Source: Staphylothermus marinus F1 | GTDB lineage: Archaea > Thermoproteota > Thermoprotei_A > Sulfolobales > Desulfurococcaceae | Reading direction: 5' to 3' | Assembly: GCF_000015945.1 (NCBI RefSeq) | Contig: NC_009033.1 | Location: 1,538,486-1,570,485 of the forward strand | DNA: 32,000 nucleotides | Shown: positions 9,805 through 16,761 of the stretch, piece after piece | How the letters are laid out: every line of letters begins with the position of its first letter | Position numbering within the stretch: position 1 is the stretch's first letter | The notes under the pieces: generated by a model | Seen by the model: the letters and a program-made list of their open reading frames with translations, nothing else | What the model was told of the DNA's origin: nothing | Database searches by the model: none | Made by a program: the position numbers and the translations under genes

Positions 9805-11259
9805 ATGCGTATACTAATAGTTACAAGTATTTCAGCCAAGAAGATTGTTGAGGAGGAAATAGAGAAGGTAAAGAAAAGCATAGACCCCAATACTATAATA
9901 GATGTTTTACCACTGCCAATAAGCGTTATAGCTTTAGCACCTAAGGAATTCATAAAGCATCACTTGTTGAAGCATGATCTTAGAAAATATGATTACATAG
10001 TACTGCCTGGAACCATAAAGTATGATCTCAGGGATCTCTCAGATGAACTAGGCATTAAAATAGTTAAGTCTCCTAGTAGAATAGAATTATTAAAAACAAT
10101 GTTTCTCATAGGATTAGAAAAATTCTCACCAAGCATAAGCGGTGATAAAATAGTAGAGCAAAGCGTTGAGCAAATCTATGCAAAAGCCAATAAATACTTT
10201 ATGGAGAAAACAGAGTGGTTGAGAATAAATAATAAAAAACTTATACCATTAAAACCGCCCCCAATAATTCTTGGACTACTATATGATCACGTATGGGGAG
10301 ATGAGTTTCTAGAACAATATATTCGAGTCTTTAAGCCAGACATAATATATTTGACGGAAAACTCAACAGAGAAAACTATTAAGAAACTAGTTAAGTTAGG
10401 CTATTCAGGTAGATTAGCTGTTCCACCAAGCATATTGGATACACATATACTAGAACATGTAAGCATAATATATGGAATAAGAATAGATGAAATAAACAAT
10501 TATTTAAAATATAATAAAATACTTCAAATTCAAACTCAAACAATAAATAATAAACTACTCGGACAGTTAAGGAATTATAGAGAAAAAATAATAATTGACC
10601 CTATCCTCCCAACATTATCCTCTCAGAAAATACTAGATAAATTAAACGAATATAAATCAATCACAAATTATGCCAAAGCAGGATGGATTACAAATATTAG
10701 TTACAGCATTGATGCAGACACACATGGATTATATCCTTTTCTCCTAGAACTCCTAATAGAAGCTGGAGTAAGTCTATTAATTATTCATGAATCAGAAGAA
10801 AAACTTGTTTGGAGCCTCCAAGAAACAATAGAGGCTAGAAAATTATTAACAATATCCCGATATTTAGGAACAAATCCAAGAGACCTGGGAATCGATCTAT
10901 TATATTTGAAGAGTAAAACATATGTTTACCCAGAATATGAGAAGCCTGAGGAAATAGTTGTTGCAACAAAAGATCCAACATACCAAATAGACCCTATGGG
11001 TATATTTAAGATAAGAGTAAACCATAAAGAACAAGTAATAGAGGTATTCTATATTGGTAGGAAAGGTAAAATATTGATAAAAGGGCGAAACTGCGAAGAG
11101 ATCAGAGACACTATATTGAGACTAAAACTAGTATCCCTTATGAGCCATGCATTCTATTTAGGAGGAGAAATATGTAAAGCATATGAAGCACTAAGAATAG
11201 GTAAAAACTATGAACAAGAAAAACCATTACTGCCCCAAAGATGGAGTAAGAATAAATGA
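9805..11259 (+). CDS. dihydropteroate-synthase-like (pterin-binding) protein with a DUF4346-like C-terminal domain
   Basis: The N-terminus MRILIVTSISAKKIVEEEI...VLPLPISVIAL...YIVLPG follows the archaeal DHPS-like pattern. The C-terminus DPMGIFKIRV...SHAFYLGGEICKAYEAL...YEQEKPL resembles DUF4346. Recognised from memory only. Confidence 0.5.
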   Translation: MRILIVTSISAKKIVEEEIEKVKKSIDPNTIIDVLPLPISVIALAPKEFIKHHLLKHDLRKYDYIVLPGTIKYDLRDLSDELGIKIVKSPSRIELLKTMFLIGLEKFSPSISGDKIVEQSVEQIYAKANKYFMEKTEWLRINNKKLIPLKPPPIILGLLYDHVWGDEFLEQYIRVFKPDIIYLTENSTEKTIKKLVKLGYSGRLAVPPSILDTHILEHVSIIYGIRIDEINNYLKYNKILQIQTQTINNKLLGQLRNYREKIIIDPILPTLSSQKILDKLNEYKSITNYAKAGWITNISYSIDADTHGLYPFLLELLIEAGVSLLIIHESEEKLVWSLQETIEARKLLTISRYLGTNPRDLGIDLLYLKSKTYVYPEYEKPEEIVVATKDPTYQIDPMGIFKIRVNHKEQVIEVFYIGRKGKILIKGRNCEEIRDTILRLKLVSLMSHAFYLGGEICKAYEALRIGKNYEQEKPLLPQRWSKNK

Positions 11260-11383
11260 TTAAACAAAGTTTTCTACGGACGAAAAGAATAATGCATAAA
11301 ATAAGCACTTATACTCATAATTAACATGAATAAACCATTACCCTATATCTCAATAATAATATGATAAATATTTGATAATATGA

Positions 11384-12262
11384 TTGACGAGATGGTTCCT
11401 ATTGCTTACTAAAAATACTAGGGGTTTTAGTAGAGTTTTAGGAAAAAAGACCAAGTTGGCAATAATAATTGCTGTAACTATACTAGTTGTTTCAACGATA
11501 TTTTTAGAAATACTATTTAGTAATCAATTCATGTTTGTACACGAGAATAATTTGATAAATAATAATGTGGAAAATTCTAGAGAGGAGAAAAGAGTATTAA
11601 TATATGATCCATTATCGAGAGAGTATTCGAATCCTGAACTCATAGATTTATTGATGAAAACGTTTACTCAACATAACTATACAGTAGATATATACATTGG
11701 GAAAAACGCTACACTTGATCCATTATATCATCTAGATCGATACGATATCATTATATTAAGGGCTCATGGAGGATACAATAACAACTCAAAAATACCTGAA
11801 CCAGTTGGACAATATGTTTTCACGGGGATATACTTTAATGAAGCAATCAAAATATATGGTAAGAACAAGATTTATGATCTATTAAAACATCACTACATAG
11901 TTAAAGGTGTAATACCTAGGAATGGCGTATCAATATATGAGTTACCCTTATACGTAGTGGTTTCACCATTATTTTTCAAGGATAAAATATCTAGTCTAAA
12001 AAATGATACAATAATAATATATACTGGTTGCTATGGCTTAGACGATGATGTATTAGCAAATATTTTTCTAGATAAAGGAGCCTATGCATATTTATCGTTT
12101 AAAGGAGATGTAACATGGGTTTTCGGAGACCAAATATTAGAGATCATACCCGTTAGAATAGCGAAGGGCGAAGATATAGTAGAAATATATAAATCACTAA
12201 ATGAGACTCAAATAAGAGATCCATATACAGGTGCAGAATTAGAGATTAGATACCGGAAATAA
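11384..12262 (+). CDS. membrane-anchored protein with a clan CD (gingipain/caspase-like) His...Cys pattern
   Basis: 292-aa ORF (TTG start) with an N-terminal TM segment. YDIIILRAHGG and DTIIIYTGCYG...FLDKGAYAYLSF match the strand-His-Gly / strand-Cys / GA-x-A layout of C25-type peptidases. Confidence 0.45.
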   Translation: MTRWFLLLTKNTRGFSRVLGKKTKLAIIIAVTILVVSTIFLEILFSNQFMFVHENNLINNNVENSREEKRVLIYDPLSREYSNPELIDLLMKTFTQHNYTVDIYIGKNATLDPLYHLDRYDIIILRAHGGYNNNSKIPEPVGQYVFTGIYFNEAIKIYGKNKIYDLLKHHYIVKGVIPRNGVSIYELPLYVVVSPLFFKDKISSLKNDTIIIYTGCYGLDDDVLANIFLDKGAYAYLSFKGDVTWVFGDQILEIIPVRIAKGEDIVEIYKSLNETQIRDPYTGAELEIRYRK

Positions 12263-12377
12263 TATTGTAGGGATTCTCGAGATTTTGAAGTTTCCTCGAT
12301 GTTTCTCTATATAGGAAAGAATTTATATGTTTAATGTAAAATTAAATATAGTGTGTCAATTATTTGGGGCGCATATT

Positions 12378-14396
12378 ATGGGAAGTGATAAAATTATTTA
12401 TACAACTGTGTTAACCATTATTATCTTATTAATTATAGCTTCTCAGTTCGCAATAACAACAAGACTTATCACAGTATCCACAATCAGCCCTGGTACAGTA
12501 ATATATTCATTTGATGATCCCTTGGGCGATGATAATGGTTATGGTAATATAACTTATCCTACGGATTCAGTATTTCAGCCAGGAGTATTTGATCTTGTGA
12601 AATTCCAGATAGAGGATACAGCATCTACACTATATTTCAAGGTTACACTGGATAATCTAGGAGATAATCCATGGAATGGTCCAAATGGTTTCTCACTACA
12701 ATATATACAAATTTATATTCTAACATCTAATCAGACCTTACCAGTTAACTATACAACGTCGGGATTAAATGTTATGGTTAGCCATGGCTGGAACTATGCT
12801 GTATTAATGGTTCCTGGATGGGATACTGCACCTGTCCCCAACGGCCAGTTATCCGCTATTTATGATGCTAACGGAAATGTTGTCGCTGTTGAGGGTTCTA
12901 CTCCAGGGTTCGATGTATATGTTGATCCAAACATAAACAATACTATTGTGGCATCAATTGACAAAACACTCCTATACGATACCCAGAACCTACCATTATG
13001 GAAGATAGCGGTTGTTGTTGCTGGATACGATGGTTACGCACCCTACAAGGTTAGACAAGTAGTTGCTGGAAACTCTACACAATGGGAGTTTGGCGGAGGC
13101 GATCCTGCAGCTATAAATGCTGGTGTACAGCCTGAAGTAATTGATTTACTTGCACCCACAGCTAATGATCAATACCAGATGTTATCATCATATAATGCAT
13201 CAACCGGGACACCAGCAAATATAACTGGTATAAGTGTTTCATCAATGACTTCAACCACTATTACAACAACCACGCCGACAACAACTACACCACCGCCTCA
13301 AACTGTTTTCGAAATGAATGATCCCTTGGGCGATGATAATGGTTATGGTAATATAACTTATCCTACGGATTCAGTATTTCAGCCAGGAGTATTTGATCTT
13401 GCAGGCTTTAAAGTCGTTGATGCTGGTTCAACCATACAGTTTTATGTATACTTGGATAATCTAGGAGATAATCCATGGAATGGTCCAAATGGTTTCTCGT
13501 TGCAGTATATACACATTTATATCTATACTGGTGATAGTAGCTTACCAGTCAACACTACATCTTTTGGTGAAAACGTTGATTATAGTCCTGGATGGCACAT
13601 GGCTATATTATTAACTCCTGGATGGGATACTGCACCTGTCCCCAATGGCCAGTTATCCGCAATATATTATTATAATGGAACAGCTTATGCACAGGATAAT
13701 AACTTGTTCAAAGTATATGTTGATACAAGCAACAATACTATAATAGCAGAAGTCGATAAGTCGCTTCTACTAGACACGAACATTATTAATAACTGGAAAT
13801 ACGCTGTCATAATGACAGGCTACGATGGTTATCAACCAGATAAGGTTAGAAAAGTGGTTGCTGGAAACTCTACACAATGGGAGTTTGGCGGTGGTGATCC
13901 TGCAGCTATAAATGCTGGTGTACAACCATATGTTATAGACTTATTAGCGCCAACATCTAGTGAGCAATACCAGATGTTATCATCATATGACCCCGCGGCT
14001 GGAACACGTGCTGTAGTCTACGTACAATATCCAGTCACAACACCAACAACTACCACAACTACTACGACTTCTCCAACCAACACTACGACTACCACAACGA
14101 CAACAACTACCACAGCCACTACGACAACAACGCCTCCACCAACAAATACAACAACTACATCGCCTCCTACAACGACTACGACAACCACAACAACCACTAC
14201 AACTACATCTCCAACAACAACTACTACAACGACAACGACTACGACTACTACACCGCCTACTGGTGGAGGAGAGATTATTCCAGAAAAAGGTCAGGGTCAG
14301 GGTTCTAGCTGGGTTACTTGGGCTATTATTGTCGCGATTGTAGCGGCTGTTGCTGTGATTGGTTATTTTGTTTATAGATTCTATAAATCATGGTGA
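12378..14396 (+). CDS. surface glycoprotein with two glucodextranase-C-like domains, a Thr/Pro stalk and a C-terminal TM anchor
   Basis: ORF track starts at 12327. That ATG overlaps a TATA-like AATTTATAT, so ATG 12378 (MGSDKIIYTTVLTIIILLII signal anchor) is preferred. DPLGDDNGYGNITYPTDSVFQPGVFDL occurs twice (Glucodextran_C-like motif). There is a ~75-residue Thr-rich stalk, many N-x-T/S sequons and a terminal hydrophobic helix. Confidence 0.65.
   Translation: MGSDKIIYTTVLTIIILLIIASQFAITTRLITVSTISPGTVIYSFDDPLGDDNGYGNITYPTDSVFQPGVFDLVKFQIEDTASTLYFKVTLDNLGDNPWNGPNGFSLQYIQIYILTSNQTLPVNYTTSGLNVMVSHGWNYAVLMVPGWDTAPVPNGQLSAIYDANGNVVAVEGSTPGFDVYVDPNINNTIVASIDKTLLYDTQNLPLWKIAVVVAGYDGYAPYKVRQVVAGNSTQWEFGGGDPAAINAGVQPEVIDLLAPTANDQYQMLSSYNASTGTPANITGISVSSMTSTTITTTTPTTTTPPPQTVFEMNDPLGDDNGYGNITYPTDSVFQPGVFDLAGFKVVDAGSTIQFYVYLDNLGDNPWNGPNGFSLQYIHIYIYTGDSSLPVNTTSFGENVDYSPGWHMAILLTPGWDTAPVPNGQLSAIYYYNGTAYAQDNNLFKVYVDTSNNTIIAEVDKSLLLDTNIINNWKYAVIMTGYDGYQPDKVRKVVAGNSTQWEFGGGDPAAINAGVQPYVIDLLAPTSSEQYQMLSSYDPAAGTRAVVYVQYPVTTPTTTTTTTTSPTNTTTTTTTTTTTATTTTTPPPTNTTTTSPPTTTTTTTTTTTTTSPTTTTTTTTTTTTTPPTGGGEIIPEKGQGQGSSWVTWAIIVAIVAAVAVIGYFVYRFYKSW
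12514..14030 (+). repeat. intragenic tandem duplication (~804-bp unit, two copies) with blocks of perfect nucleotide identity
   Basis: 12514-12597 equals 13318-13401 (84 nt identical) and 12649-12694 equals 13453-13498 (46 nt). Further identical blocks of 30, 35 and 29 nt follow. The offset is 804 nt, dropping to 795 nt after two small indels. Confidence 0.9.
14034..14262 (+). repeat. low-complexity ACN-codon (poly-Thr/Pro) tract
   Basis: About 75 codons are almost entirely ACA/ACT/ACG/ACC, with occasional CCN/TCN codons. Confidence 0.85.
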
Positions 14397-14493
14397 GTAG
14401 TCAAATAAGGGTATTTGACTAATCATAAATATTTTTTATTAACCACCATAGATGTTAAAAGTAGTTGAACGACGCGTTCTCACGGTGTAGCTA

Positions 14494-15423
14494 GTGTTAA
14501 TTGATAGGTTTGGTAGGCCAATAACACATATGCGTATAAGTGTTACTCTTAGATGTAATCATTCATGCATATTCTGCCACCGGGAAGGAGTATTTAATTT
14601 AAAGAATAGAGAGCTTTCTCCAGCGGATTGGGGATTTGTTGCTGAAATGGGGGTTAGAAACGATATTAAATACTATAAGTTAACTGGTGGAGAGCCTCTG
14701 ATCCGAGACGATATAGTTGATATTGTCCACGAAATAAGAAGAGTTGGTGGAATAGTATCCATCACAACTAATGGATCTAGACTCGCAGAATTCGCTGAGA
14801 AACTAGCTGAGGAGAAAGTTGATCATATAAATGTTAGCCTCCACTCATTAAAACCCGAAGTTTTCAAAACAATTACCGGCGGAGATCTAGGGAAAGTATT
14901 GACTGGCATATACAAAGCATTAGAGTATGGATTAAAGCTTAAAATAGACTATGTCATCCTAAGCCTTAACATTAATGAATACAAAGATCTAATATCTTTT
15001 GCACAAAAACATGGTTTAGACATGAACATCATAGAATTAATCCCCCTAGGCATGAGCCAAGAAACATATAAAAAACTACATGCAGGCTTAAACAACATAT
15101 TAAATTACTTGGAAAATATAAGTGTCAAGAAATATAAGAAAGAATTCCAATCAAGACCAACATATATTCTACCAAACAACTCCAAAATAACAATAGTTAT
15201 AGGCTGGCAAAACCCAGAACTATGCATGAAATGCACAAGAATAAGAATGACCCCCGACGGCAGAATAAAACTATGCATATTCAGAAACGACCTAGTCCTA
15301 GATGCTCGAGAAGCCATACTAAACAGAGACAAAGAAGCTTTTCAAAAACTACTAGAAAAAGCAACACAACTCAGAGAACCCTACTTCAAACCAAAACAAC
15401 AAATATTCCTCAATCCTATCTAA
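14494..15423 (+). CDS. moaA: GTP 3',8-cyclase MoaA (radical SAM)
   Basis: LIDRFGRPITHMRISVTLRCNHSCIFCH carries the CX3CX2C radical-SAM cluster in the typical MoaA N-terminal context. 309 aa, GTG start. Confidence 0.85.
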   Translation: MLIDRFGRPITHMRISVTLRCNHSCIFCHREGVFNLKNRELSPADWGFVAEMGVRNDIKYYKLTGGEPLIRDDIVDIVHEIRRVGGIVSITTNGSRLAEFAEKLAEEKVDHINVSLHSLKPEVFKTITGGDLGKVLTGIYKALEYGLKLKIDYVILSLNINEYKDLISFAQKHGLDMNIIELIPLGMSQETYKKLHAGLNNILNYLENISVKKYKKEFQSRPTYILPNNSKITIVIGWQNPELCMKCTRIRMTPDGRIKLCIFRNDLVLDAREAILNRDKEAFQKLLEKATQLREPYFKPKQQIFLNPI

Positions 15424-15457
15424 GTTTCTATGGACCCTTTAAAAACATATTATATTA

Positions 15458-15939
15458 ATTTCAATTCTTTCTATGTTGTTACCATTATGTCCCCCGTATC
15501 ACTAGAGCTTGTAGACTCATACACTTTCAATTCTTTCTATGTTGTTACATTGGCATCCACAATGTTATTGTTTTTATGGGTTTCCTGCTTTCAATTCTTT
15601 CTATGTTGTTACTTCAAGCCCTGATATACCTTCTCAGCAACATTTAATGTTCTTTCAATTCTTTCTATGTTGTTACAACTATTATATTGGATCCCGCCTT
15701 GTAAAAGTGTATGTATCTTTCAATTCTTTCTATGTTGTTACTCTACAAATCTGAAAAAGACCTTATCGAGGTTGATACTGACTTTCAATTCTTTCTATGT
15801 TGTTACCTATACTATTACATTCGAGGGCTACCCCAATACTAAGCCTTTCAATTCTTTCTATGTTGTTACACTTTAATTTCTGTATAATTTGAAGCATCAA
15901 CAGTTACTACTATGCTTTCAATTCTTTCTATGTTGTTAC
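15458..15939 (-). CRISPR. CRISPR array 1: 8 repeats, 7 spacers
   Basis: The 25-bp repeat CTTTCAATTCTTTCTATGTTGTTAC (+ strand) starts at 15458 (first base A, degenerate), 15524, 15588, 15652, 15717, 15782, 15845 and 15915. Unique spacers are 41, 39, 39, 40, 40, 38 and 45 bp. The reverse complement GTAACAACATAGAAAGAATTGAAAG ends in ATTGAAAG, the 8-nt crRNA handle common in archaeal type I/III systems. The conserved leader is at the high-coordinate end, so minus-strand transcription is inferred. Confidence 0.95.
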
Positions 15940-16098
15940 TTTGGTTCGAATACGTTGTTACATTTATTTAATCTGTTCGAATTGTTATATATGTTTTTCT
16001 ATATTTGATCCCTAATTGATCGTGTTCGACTAGTTTTCTATAGATTTAATAGTATCTCCGACCCCATGACAAGTTTGTATAATGAAAAACATTCGAGT
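15940..16098 (-). promoter_or_regulatory. CRISPR leader of array 1
   Basis: This 159-nt AT-rich flank is conserved with 26014-26172. It contains TATA-like ATATATAA (minus sense, 15985-15992) about 45 nt upstream of the first repeat, and three GTTCGAA/C motifs. Confidence 0.75.
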
Positions 16099-16205
16099 GG
16101 TTTCCGTTGGTTTTTTGTATATTTTGTTGTTAAGTCTGGTTATTGTTTATTTTTGGTTGTTGCTTATATGTTTGTGTTGGTGGAGGGAGGTGGTTGTTTG
16201 TGTCT

Positions 16206-16637
16206 ATGGTTGATGTGTCGGGTAAGAGGGTTGTTTTTCGTGAGGCTGTTGCTGAGGGGGTTATTAGGCTTAGGCCTGAGACTGTTAGGAGGATTAGGGA
16301 GGGTAGGGTTGAGAAGGGTGATGTTTTAACTGTGACTAGTGTTGCTGCTATTCAGGCTGTTAAGAAGGCTTCGGAGCTTTTGCCTTTGTGCCATAATATT
16401 CCTATAACTTATGTTGGTGTTGACTATGAGTTTATTGGTGATGATAGGATCAGGGTTGTTGTTACTGTTAGAACAACTGCTCAGACAGGTGTTGAAATGG
16501 ATGCATTAACAGGTGTATCTATAGCGTTGCTGAATATATGGGATATGGTTAAGAAGTATGAGAAGGATGAGAAGGGACAGTATCCTGAGACATGGATTGA
16601 AAAGATAAGGGTGGTTTCTAAGATTAAAAAAGAATAA
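16206..16637 (+). CDS. moaC: cyclic pyranopterin monophosphate synthase MoaC
   Basis: MVDVSGKRVV...LLPLCHNIPIT...TGVEMDALTG is canonical MoaC. ATG 16206 is preferred over the TTG 16143 extension, which encodes low-complexity Cys/Gly/Val residues. Confidence 0.85.
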   Translation: MVDVSGKRVVFREAVAEGVIRLRPETVRRIREGRVEKGDVLTVTSVAAIQAVKKASELLPLCHNIPITYVGVDYEFIGDDRIRVVVTVRTTAQTGVEMDALTGVSIALLNIWDMVKKYEKDEKGQYPETWIEKIRVVSKIKKE

Positions 16638-16761
16638 TTGAGAAATGCGGTAAGGATCACGGGTCTGACACTATTCTTATTAATCGTTAATGCATCGTAT
16701 TCATATTTTGAACTAAGAAAGCATAATATGTATTAATGTTTTTTCTAGGATTTGAAGAGCG

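Noticed and set aside
15430-15876. Three overlapping + strand ORFs (15430..15624, 15539..15754, 15667..15876) with the recurring peptide FNSFYVVT/FQFFLCCY
   Set aside because: They are translations of the CRISPR repeat in different frames. The periodic peptide is the repeat itself.
16066-16329. 87-aa ORF and the TTG 16143 N-terminal extension of moaC in the G+T-rich tract
   Set aside because: The translations are low-complexity Gly/Val/Leu/Cys forced by the C-poor composition. MoaC homologues begin at the MVDVSGK equivalent (ATG 16206).
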